DNA from: Candidatus Saccharimonadota bacterium
GTDB taxonomy: Bacteria; Bacteroidota; Bacteroidia; Cytophagales; Amoebophilaceae
DNA length: 32,000 nucleotides
NCBI RefSeq assembly: GCF_936981045.1
Contig: NZ_OW441264.1
Span: 630,001 to 662,000 of the forward strand
Direction of reading: 5' to 3'
The notes under the pieces were generated by a model. That model was not told where the DNA came from. It made no database searches and saw nothing but the letters and a program-made list of their open reading frames with translations. Every line of letters starts with the position of its first letter. Positions within the stretch are counted from its first letter, which is position 1. Shown here piece after piece: positions 18,589 to 27,281 of the stretch. The position numbers and the translations under genes were made by a program.

Positions 18589-18704
18589 ATAAAAAGGAAT
18601 TTGTATCCTACTTATATATTCACTGCTACGAGGGTTCTGTCGCGTCTATATTTTCGTTAGTAACGTCTTTTCTTTTAAGTGAAATTTTGGATATATATTG
18701 GTTA

Positions 18705-18812
18705 TTATTCGGCCATTAGCATAACAAAATTCTCAAAAGTAGAAAGATGATTTTTAGCTCCGATTACTTGTCCTTTTTGAATCATAGGAATGTTTTCTAT
18801 CCCTGCAATGGT
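18705..18812 (-). pseudogene. IS6-family transposase C-terminal segment
   Basis: TIAGIENIPMIQKGQVIGAKNHLSTFENFVMLMAE*, the same as 7012..7119. Confidence 0.7.
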
Positions 18813-18929
18813 CTAGAGTAAAGAAATGGTTGGACCACTTAAAATTAGGCACATCTATTGCTTCTGATTACTCGCAATACAGTAGCTGACTAACTTGATT
18901 CTTCATTGTTTACCCATTCCCTTCTCGTC

Positions 18930-18962
18930 CCAAGGTACGTTCAGTTTTTCCGAATACGGCGG
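18930..18962 (-). ncRNA. Domain V candidate of intron copy 3 (two mismatches in the basal helix)
   Basis: The RNA reads CCGCCGUAUUCGGAAAAACUGAACGUACCUUGG. Compared with 7237..7269, the basal helix has C.C and C.U mismatches. Confidence 0.45.
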
Positions 18963-18976
18963 TCCGACAGTCTTCT

Positions 18977-20599
18977 TCATAAACCTTGCACAACTCTCTC
19001 AGGATACTTAATCATTCCACTACCAATGTACAACATCCCCATTGTATAGAGTTTGCTATTGGGATAGCTTTTCCACCCGCACCCACGGCCTTTTCTTCTA
19101 TGGGTTAAGTATCTGCGAAATCGATTATTAATAACGTGAGTTCGGGATTTATTTGACTGATTTACAAAAATTTAATATCAATTATTTAGTTAATATTTGC
19201 ACCTATTTAACAAGTTTTTATATCTAATTTTATAAATATAATATATATAATAAACTGATTATAAGAATTATTTGTTATTCAACTACCTATTTAACTGTCT
19301 ATAAAACAAATTTTATAAATTTTCATTGGTATTGATTATCAAATGAAAAAATAATCTAATCCCGAATTCACGTTAATAAAGTCCTGCAATCTAACAAAAG
19401 CTTCACTCGCATTCGCATGTTTAAAATAGTTAACCCATCCTAACACTACTGGTTTTATTTGCTCGATGAATGTTTGAGGTTTGATTGGTGCTCTTCTACA
19501 AGTCAGGTATTTTAGTCTGTTACGGATGCTTTGTTGGGATTGTTTCGTTGGAAATACATAAATGCTATTTCTGCCACTTGTTGGACTCTTTCTTTTTGCA
19601 AAGTAAAAACCTATGAAGTTAAAGCCTTCTTTCAGTTTCGTTATTCGTGTCTTTTGGTGGTTAATAATGAGCGATAACCTCCTTACTAATTCTGTGAATT
19701 TCTCCAGCGCTAAGCTAGCACTCTTACGACATACCAAAATTGCATCATCACAATACCTATGCAAGGTTGCGCTTAGCTTTTCTGGATACCCCCTTGAGTG
19801 CCACACTTGGTCTATAACATTTAGGTAGATTACTATACAACGGTGATATTGGTGATCTTTGCGGTACTCCAACTTTCTTGCATGTAATTTTACCTTGTTT
19901 TACTATTGACGTTGTTAGGGTTTGTTTAATTAGCTTCAACATACTGCCATCTGCTATCCTTTTACTAATAAGTTTTAATAACTTTTCGTGTGAGATGCTA
20001 GTAAAGTATGATTGAAAATCAATCTCAACTACGCCCCATGCCTGCTGGTATAGATCTTCTCGGATCACTAAACTCGCTTGTTTGGTTCCTCGTTTCGGTC
20101 TATAGCCGTATGAACATTCATGAAAATCAGCTTCGAAGATCGGTTCAATGACTATTTTCATTGCTGTGAGCACTATGAGATCTTCTACGGTCATTACCTC
20201 TAGTGGCCTTGTTCCACCTTTAGCTTTGGGTATTTCTACCAACCTGCTTGAGGTAAATTTGTATAGCTTTGCGCGTAGTTGCTGCTGCAATTTATTGATA
20301 ATCTTTGCCTCACCTTGATCTATTATATCACTTATGCTTTTACCATCAATTCCTGCTGAACCTTGATTTGCTTTGACTTGACGCCAAGCTTCCCAAAGTA
20401 CATCTTTTAGATAAATTTTATCATATATACTATAAAATCTGACTTCCTTACATTGCTTGGATTTGAGATATAGAGTTCTTTGGAGTTGCTGAACTTTTAA
20501 TGTTCCGTTCATAGCTTTAGGGCAATCAGACATTCTCAACTCTTTTAAACTCGTTAACTGAAGTAGGGTCCCTTTCCTCTTGAGTGGTTTCCCAATCAA
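18977..20599 (-). pseudogene. Group II intron RT/maturase, interrupted by a MITE and by the 2-nt deletion
   Basis: ORFs 19757..20599 and 19339..19872, plus the coding remainder at 18977..19133. The MITE is inserted after ...RLQDFIN. Confidence 0.85.
19134..19373 (+). mobile_element. MITE copy 6 (240 bp) with 5-bp TSD TAATA, inside the intron maturase domain
   Basis: TAATA lies at 19129..19133 and 19374..19378. The paralogous empty site is CGGTTATTAATAAAGTCC at 7429..7446. Confidence 0.95.
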
Positions 20600-21018
20600 T
20601 ACGAACGGTATTATAGACCCCGCGGACTTCTGATATCACCCTTATTGATTTCGCTTTACTTATACAATAAAGTTTCCAGTGGCCTACTGGATTCATATCA
20701 GATCTCCCGGACTACGATGTGAAACATTCATAGCGTGCAACCCCTAACACCCCGGCACTTGTATGATGGTCATGGTCTATTTTTTCCATCCTACTATCAG
20801 CCTTCCTGTAGCCACTAGATAGTCGGCAAATGCGCTTAAACGGCTTAACGAGGCTAATTTAGGTTCACTTTTGTTGCAGCCCGCTATTTTGCAGATGCAT
20901 TTAAAGGTAACTTAAACCTGTGAATCACCCCACAAATCCAACCTCCTGCTACACTCCCGAAATAGACAAATTAGAGTCAGGGGACTTACACCCCATTTGT
21001 TGCACACCTGTGCCGGCG

Positions 21019-21621
21019 TGCAATGGCTGCAGACTTAAAACACTTAAAACTAAGCATAGGTTTTAGCCGTTTTTTGATAAACCTATGATCTTGTTCAACT
21101 CTATTATTCAAGTATTTGTTTTGAAATATTTGAATGGTATGATCTTGATCAAGTTCTGTATTGATCGTATCAAGGGCAGCTTTATTACTACCGCTTTTGT
21201 CAATTACTACTTTCTTAGGAATATTATTTTCTGTGATCGCCTTACGAAAAAAAGAAAAAGCTGCAGACTTGTCTCTATGCTCAGATAGAAAAAAGTTAAC
21301 TGTATCACCATAACGATCTACTGCTCTATATAAATAGATCCACTTCCCGTTTAGTTTAACATAGGTTTCATCCATTCTCCAACTACCACCAACTGGTCGT
21401 TTTCTTTTGCTTACTGCTTCATCTATAAGAGGAACAAACTTAATAACCCATCTTTGTAGCGTAGAACGATCAACTCTTGCGCCTCTCATACGCATCATAT
21501 CTTCCAAATCTCTATAGCTCAAGGAAAAACAATACTTCATCTAGACAAATAACAGGATGACTTCTGCTGAAGAACAATAGCCCTTAAAATAAGGTAATAA
21601 TTTGGGCGAAATATTAAACAT
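21019..21621 (-). pseudogene. IS6-family transposase N-terminal 201 codons (in-frame TAG at 21541..21543)
   Basis: Same protein as 13656..14258 apart from H24R. Confidence 0.8.
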
Positions 21622-21653
21622 AATAACTACTTTTTTAACTGCAGATACTAAAA

Positions 21654-21893
21654 ACCTGAGTTCGGGATTTATTTGACTGATTTACAACAATTTAATATCA
21701 ATTATTTAGTTAATATTTGCACCTATTTAACAAGTTTTTATATCTAATTCTATAAATATAATATATATAATAAACTGATTACCAGAATTATTTTTTATTC
21801 AACTACCTATTTAACTGTCTATAAAACAAATTTTATAAATTTTTATTAATATTGATTATCAAATGAAAAAATAATCTAATCCCGAACTCACTT
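21654..21893 (+). mobile_element. MITE copy 7 (240 bp) with 5-bp TSD TAAAA, in the IS6 leader between IRL and the transposase start
   Basis: TAAAA lies at 21649..21653 and 21894..21898. Empty sites (TTTTA on the + strand) are at 9241..9245 and 13624..13628. Confidence 0.95.
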
Positions 21894-21977
21894 TAAAATA
21901 ATCATTTTTTAGAATAAACGCGACAGAACTGAAAAAAATATTTATCTTGCAGTAATTCAGCATGAATTTATAATTAT

Positions 21978-22739
21978 ATGATAAAAATACGAACCCACTC
22001 TGAGCTAAAGCTATTGCAACGGGCGGGTCATATTGTAGCGCTTTGTCATGATGTTTTAAAAAATTCGATTCGGCCAGGTGTCTGTAGTCTAGCCTTAGAC
22101 GCAATAGTGGAAGACATCATTCGCAACAATGATGCCGAGCCTGTATTTAAGGGGTATCGTGGCTTTCCAAATGCTACTTGCATCTCTATCAACAATGGTG
22201 TAGTACATGGCATACCTAATAACCGACTGTTGCATGAGGGGGATATTGTTAGTATTGACATAGGTGTAAAGTATAAGGGCTACATTGGAGATAGCGCTTG
22301 GACCTATCCTGTGGACAATATCTCTGATGAAAAAAAGTTTTTATTAGCGCATACAGAAAAAGCTTTGTGGGAAGGGCTACGTGTCATTAAAGCAGGCATT
22401 CACCTTTCTACCATTTCTCATGCCATAGGTCGATATGCTACACAGCATAAGCTTAGCATTGTGAAAGAATTGGGTGGACACGGTGTGGGCACCATGCTGC
22501 ACGAGCCACCTCAGATTCAAAATTATGGTAAGCCCAATCAGGGACCTATTTTAAAAGCTGGTATGATATTAGCGATAGAACCTATATTAAACCTTGGCCA
22601 TCCAGCCATTAAAACTTTGCAAGATGGTTGGACCATTGTCACCAAAGATGGAAAAGACTCTGCCCATTTTGAGCATACCATTGCTGTGGAAGAAGAGGGA
22701 TATGCTGTTTTAACCACTTTAATGGGGACATCCATTTAA
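21978..22739 (+). CDS. map: Type I methionine aminopeptidase
   Basis: A 253-aa ORF with metal-ligand contexts DIVSIDIGVKYKGYIGDSAWT, GGHGVG, LAIEP and HFEHT. Confidence 0.95.
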   Translation: MIKIRTHSELKLLQRAGHIVALCHDVLKNSIRPGVCSLALDAIVEDIIRNNDAEPVFKGYRGFPNATCISINNGVVHGIPNNRLLHEGDIVSIDIGVKYKGYIGDSAWTYPVDNISDEKKFLLAHTEKALWEGLRVIKAGIHLSTISHAIGRYATQHKLSIVKELGGHGVGTMLHEPPQIQNYGKPNQGPILKAGMILAIEPILNLGHPAIKTLQDGWTIVTKDGKDSAHFEHTIAVEEEGYAVLTTLMGTSI

Positions 22740-22777
22740 CGATGTGCAGGGCCTACCCTATTCCCCTTTAATACATA

Positions 22778-22958
22778 ATATGAGGCCGTTGCAATAGAAA
22801 ACTAAGTTTTTATAAGATAAAGGTAATTATCGCCTAATGGTTACTTTTAAGTATTAAAAATACATAAGCAATAATATTTCTAGTCTAGAAACATTACAAA
22901 TATGTCCGAATTATTATATTAAAACCATGCAAATTTTCTACTGCAACGGCCTCAATAT
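22778..22958. repeat. Small (about 181 bp) AT-rich element with about 20-bp terminal inverted repeats ATAT(T)GAGGCCGTTGCARTAG
   Basis: The left end is ATATGAGGCCGTTGCAATAG and the right end is CTACTGCAACGGCCTCAATAT. It contains no ORF. A third copy of the terminus lies at 877..892. Confidence 0.5.
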
Positions 22959-23086
22959 GATGTTGCACACGCTGATCTGAAAGCTATTTTTACTGATTAA
23001 AGCTATGAGAAAGCTATTATCTTAACTCGCAACTTATTGAGCGATTTTTGGCTCGATTTTGCTTGTTTAACGAAAACGTGTTTATG

Positions 23087-23345
23087 TTATATAAGCTTGT
23101 GTGCCAGCTCTAAAAGATTCCTCATACAAGCCACAATTGCCACTTTTTTAGGTTTATACTTACCTACTAGTCTATCATAGACTGTTTTTAAGTATCGAAA
23201 TCATTTTTTTCCTGTTAATACGGCCATATATAAGGCATCTCTAGGTATTTTTCTACCTCCACTAACAAATCTTTTTCCCTGTTTTTTTCCACTATCTAAC
23301 GGATATGGTACTATACCTACTAAAGAGGCTAGTTGATTGCTACTA
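23087..23345 (-). pseudogene. IS110-family transposase C-terminal fragment
   Basis: SSNQLASLVGIVPYPLDSGKKQGKRFVSGGRKIPRDALYMAVLTGKK*FRYLKTVYDRLVGKYKPKKVAIVACMRNLLELAHKLI* follows the conserved IS110 C-terminal pattern. It is cut by the IS982 IRL at 23345/23346. Confidence 0.7.
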
Positions 23346-23362
23346 ACGTGAGTTCTGGATTA

Positions 23363-23603
23363 ACGTGAGTTCGGGATTAGATTATTTTTTCATTTGATAA
23401 TCAATATCAATGAAAATTTATAAAATTTGTTTTATTAGACAGTTAAATAGGTAATTGAATAACAAATAATTCTGGTAATCAGTTTATTATATATATTATA
23501 TTTATAAAATTAGATATAAAAACTTGTTAAATAGGTGCAAATATTAACTAAATAATTTATATTAAATTGTTGTAAATCAGTCAAATAAATCCCGAACTGA
23601 CGT
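23363..23603 (-). mobile_element. MITE copy 8 (241 bp) with 5-bp TSD GATTA
   Basis: GATTA lies at 23358..23362 and 23604..23608. The insertion is within the IS982 IRL. Confidence 0.95.
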
Positions 23604-23692
23604 GATTAGATTTAAAAGAATTAAAAAAGCTCCTTTGTGTTTTAAATTTGGAGATAAAAAAATACTAACCAGATTATCCAAAGGAGCCAGTT

Positions 23693-24207
23693 ATGAATGT
23701 AGAAAAATTAGTTGAAATATATTATGCTGTTGATGAATTTCTCATAAAGTTTATGCCGTATATGGAAAAACAACTGTTAACCAACTCTAAAAGAAAACCC
23801 ACTAGAACTTGTTCATTAACTTTGAGTGAAATAATGACTGTTCTTATTGCCTTTCATGTGATTGGTTTTAGAAATTTTAAGTCTTATTATATTCATTTAC
23901 AGCAATTTCATTCTAGTAAATTTGGAAAGTTAGTAAGCTACAATAGATTTATAGAACTGATCCAAAGAACGTTAGTTCCCTTGTACTGTTTTACACAAAG
24001 TCTTGCTAAAACAAAAACAGGTTGTTATTTTATGGATGCAACAGCCATCAAGGTTTGCCATATCAAAAGAGCCTATACGTACAGGGTTTTTAAATCGATT
24101 GCTACTAAAGGTAAAACCAGCATCGGTTAGTTTTTTGGATTAAAGTTGCACTTGATAGTCAATGATTTAGGAGAAATTATGAATTTTCAACTGACCATAG
24201 GTAAAAC
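23693..24207 (+). pseudogene. IS982-family transposase, TGG to TAG nonsense at 24128..24130 and truncated
   Basis: MNVEKLVEIYYAVDEFLIKFMPYMEKQLL...TSIG*FFGLKLHL. Copy A has TSIGWFFGLKFHL. Confidence 0.85.
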
Positions 24208-25262
24208 GGCTCTGTCCACTTAAGTGTGTAAATTATTTTTTTGGTTTTATTCAATTCTGTTTTCAAATTTAATTAAAAAATGTGCCATAGTCTCGCTCCA
24301 GTTATGAATAGAGGTGGTCCATTTTTTAGTCATGTAGTTAATAGTTAGATATAATGTTTTAAAAACAGCTAGATCGTTAGGGAACACTTTTTTATTTTTG
24401 GTAACTCTACGAAATTGGCTATTTACAGATTCCAAACATTTGTTGTGTAAATGACCTTACGTATGGCATTAGGGTACTGTAAAAATACCATCAGATTATC
24501 CCAGTTAGCATACCAAGATTAGGCTATTTGTGGGTATTGTTGATTCCACTTAGTAGCAAAAGCTTCTAAGGCCATCAATGCTTCTTGCTCGGTAACTGTT
24601 GTATAAATTGGTTTTAAATCAGCAACTAATACCTTTCTATGTTTATAAGAAACATACTGCAAACTACCCCTAATTGCATGAACAATACAGAGCTGATGTT
24701 CCGTTTTTGGGTATACAGCAGCAATGGCCTCAGACATGCCTGACAAATTATCTGTACATGCAATGAGCATATCGTTCATACCCCGATTTTTGAGTTCTGT
24801 TAAATTGCCTAACCAAAATTTAGCCCCTTCATTTTCACTCATCCAAAGCCCCTAAAACATCCTTTATGCCAGATCTATCTATACCTAAAGCGACATAGAC
24901 TGCCTTGTTGATGATGCGCTTATCTTGTCTAACTTTAACTACAAAGCAATCAAAAAAAACAATATAATAGACTGATTCTAAGGGACGATTTTGCCATATC
25001 TTAACATATTCAATAACAGAGTCTGTGATGTTACTTATCAGGCTTTCACTTACTTCTGCGCCATATAATTCCTGTATTTGAATCTGAATATCTGACAGAC
25101 TCATACCTTTAGCATATAAAGATAAGATCTTATCATCCAAACCAGGAATTCTTGTTTGACGATTAGGCAATAAAATAGGTTCAAAAGTAGATGCTCTACC
25201 TCTGGGTACTTCAACCGATATAACGCCATTATCAGTAATAACTTGCTTACTGGATAATCCAT
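24208..25262 (-). mobile_element. IS256-family IS type B, copy 2, 5'-truncated with multiple frame breaks
   Basis: It begins GGCTCTGTCCACTTAAGTGTGTAAATT. ORFs 24247..24435, 24519..24842 and 24835..25170 are consecutive pieces of the same transposase as 15926..17073. Confidence 0.85.
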
Positions 25263-25661
25263 ATGAACAGTGGGAGAAAAAGCCTGAATTATTTCATACT
25301 AATCCTTGCCATTACACTTTGGGACTAAACATCTAGTCTTTTTATGGTTTTTATATGAAATATAACTTGTGCCTTGGATAGCTAAGATAGTTGAATATGA
25401 GTTAGATCTTTCAACAGTTTTAAGTATATGACTAGCTAATATTTTGCTCTTAGAAATAGAATCATTTTAGAAAAATCTACAGGCTGCTTTACTTTGATGC
25501 CAACCTTGACAGGCTTGATTTATTCAACCTTCAGGAGAGTCGACAAAACTGTTAGCTATTTTTAATAGTCTTTTACTTAACCTTTTATCACCAAAATGCA
25601 CCATCCCAAATGCATGCTCTGCCCAATAACTGCTTGAGATACTTAAATCTTTTTCTGTCAT
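25263..25661 (-). pseudogene. IS4-family (Tn5/IS50-like) transposase N-terminal fragment with stops
   Basis: MTEKDLSISSSYWAEHAFGMVHFGDKRLSKRLLKIANSFVDSPEG*INQACQGWHQSKAACRFF*N...ILAIQGTSYISY follows the IS4 N-terminal pattern (W...FG...GD.RL..RL...A, KAAYRFF, IQDTT). Confidence 0.6.
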
Positions 25662-25936
25662 TTATCCCCATTATCAAATTATAACTGACCTAATTTATAC
25701 TCATCCAACAAGTTAGTAAAATATGCCTTAGCATTTTTTGACTTATGGGTAATAGTAAGACCCAAACCCATACAAGAGATACAGCTGAACCATACCCAAA
25801 TCAATACCCATTTCATATGATAATCACCGTATGTAAATATTTTATTATTTGCAATATTTTGTGTATATTGCGCTTTAATTTTTGCTGTTAAGGTACAATA
25901 GAAAGGTCATAGACTTGTTGTTGAGGATATAGTTTA

Positions 25937-27262
25937 ATGAATTTAAATGCACTTACGCAAATGCTTCTTATAGGTTTAGCTATACTTTTGATCGTTTCTT
26001 TTTTGGGATCTCGGTTACAAGGCATGAGTCTCAGTATGCTGGGCGGGTTGGGGGTATGGTTGTTTATGGTAGTTTTACATGCGACGCCAGCAGATCCTCC
26101 TTTTCAAATCATGCTCTGTATTGCTGCAGTAGTGGCTGCAGTGGGAACCATAGAGGCTGCAGGTGGATTAAGCTATTTGGTGCAACTGGCTGAGTTATGC
26201 ATCCGAAAACATCCACGCAGCATCATATATATTAGTCCTATGGTAACCTATGCCATTACCTTTTTGGGTGGTACCAACCACATCGCTTACTCAATTCTGC
26301 CTGTTATTGCGGAGGTATCTAAAGAAGTAGGCATTCGCCCAGAACGCCCTTTATCCCTTTCTGTTATTGCCGCTTTGCACGGTGCGCTTGCTAGCCCTAT
26401 TTCTTCTATAATGGTTATTTTAAGCGGATTTTTAAGGATTTCTGGCATAGATATGGTCACCATTTTTAAGATTATCATTCCTTCAACAATGGGTGGATTG
26501 CTAATGGCAACATTTGTAACCAGTTTATTGAGTAAAGCCATGCCAGAGGCCTCAACGGTTACAGAAACAGCAACAACAGATATGGCCCCTGCCTGTCTGC
26601 CCCGCGGTGCTAGGATAGCAAAGCTTTCAATTGTTTGCTTCTTACTGGGTAGTTTAGGTACAGTTTTGATAGATGCTATTCCATCTTTACGCCCCTCTTG
26701 GGAAGTAAATGGCATCAAGATACTCCTACCATCTGCTTATATTATGCCCCTTGTGATGTTATCCACTGCTGCATCTATTATGTTGTTGTGCCGGATTGCA
26801 CCCAAGTCTATTACCCAGGGCAAAGCATTTACTGCTGGCATACAAGGGATGTTCGCTATTCTAGGTATTGCTTGGTTAAGCAGTACATTTGTGCAAAGTA
26901 ATCAACCAGTTTTACTGCAGTTTATATCAGCTTATCTTTCTGAGCCCTGGCAATTTTCTATTATCCTACTCTGTATGGCTGCTATTATGGGTAGCTCTGC
27001 TGCCACGATTAAAGCGGTATTTCCATTAGGTATCGCTTTAGGGATTCCTCCTAAAATATTATTGGCTGCTGCAACAGCTGTTAATGGTGTCTTTATTATT
27101 CCCATTTATCCAACCATACTGGCTGCTATTCATTTAGATACTACAGGCACAACCCGAATTGGTAAATTTCTTTTTAACCATAGTTTTATGTTGCCAGGTT
27201 TGGTTTCGATTGCTGGCGCAATGGGCATTGGATTCTTGCTAGTGTATATGGGTGGCCTATAA
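25937..27262 (+). CDS. dcuA: Anaerobic C4-dicarboxylate transporter, DcuA/DcuB family
   Basis: A 441-aa polytopic ORF with end-to-end resemblance to DcuA/DcuB (PVIAEVSKEVGIRPERPLS, HLDTTGTTRIGKFLFNHSFMLPG). Confidence 0.9.
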   Translation: MNLNALTQMLLIGLAILLIVSFLGSRLQGMSLSMLGGLGVWLFMVVLHATPADPPFQIMLCIAAVVAAVGTIEAAGGLSYLVQLAELCIRKHPRSIIYISPMVTYAITFLGGTNHIAYSILPVIAEVSKEVGIRPERPLSLSVIAALHGALASPISSIMVILSGFLRISGIDMVTIFKIIIPSTMGGLLMATFVTSLLSKAMPEASTVTETATTDMAPACLPRGARIAKLSIVCFLLGSLGTVLIDAIPSLRPSWEVNGIKILLPSAYIMPLVMLSTAASIMLLCRIAPKSITQGKAFTAGIQGMFAILGIAWLSSTFVQSNQPVLLQFISAYLSEPWQFSIILLCMAAIMGSSAATIKAVFPLGIALGIPPKILLAAATAVNGVFIIPIYPTILAAIHLDTTGTTRIGKFLFNHSFMLPGLVSIAGAMGIGFLLVYMGGL

Positions 27263-27281
27263 TAATCATATTTAATGTATA

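Larger units (their letters stand above)
18813..21018 (-). mobile_element. Type-1 group II intron-bearing insert, full length (about 1962 bp plus a MITE)
   Basis: It is bounded by TGCAATGG at 18804..18811 and 21019..21026 (CCATTGCA on the coding strand). It contains GTGTG, the RT/maturase ORF and a domain V-like hairpin. Confidence 0.8.
18633..21930 (-). mobile_element. IS6-family element copy 3, complete end to end, carrying the group II intron and two MITEs
   Basis: IRR is GGTTCTGTCGCGTCTAT (18633..) and IRL is AGAATAAACGCGACAGAAC (..21930). Removing the two MITEs with their TSDs, and the intron-bearing insert with one repeat copy, leaves about 838 bp, a typical IS6 size. Confidence 0.85.
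23346..24207 (+). mobile_element. IS982-family IS copy B (MITE inside its IRL, nonsense codon, 3' truncated by IS256-B)
   Basis: IRL ACGTGAGTTCTGGATTA|MITE|GATTAGATTT..., then the leader AAAAAGCTCCTTTGTGTTTTAAATTTGG as in copy A. Confidence 0.85.

Noticed and set aside
17113-18740. accC as cargo of an active IS6 composite transposon
   Set aside because: The left IS6 copy is only a 108-bp remnant. No 8-bp target duplication is visible outside the pair, and the ends facing accC are outer termini. Two independent insertions or a rearrangement is more likely than a mobile accC unit.
21859-22104. 81-aa minus-strand ORF spanning the MITE end, the IS6 IRL and the map start
   Set aside because: It crosses three unrelated sequence units and ends in the recurrent MITE-derived peptide SGLDYFFI, so it is an artefact of open AT-rich sequence.
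25687-25715. Tn5 outside-end-like string CTGAC...TATAC...ACAAGT near the IS4-like fragment
   Set aside because: It matches only after allowing several insertions, and it is in the wrong orientation for the end adjacent to the transposase start.
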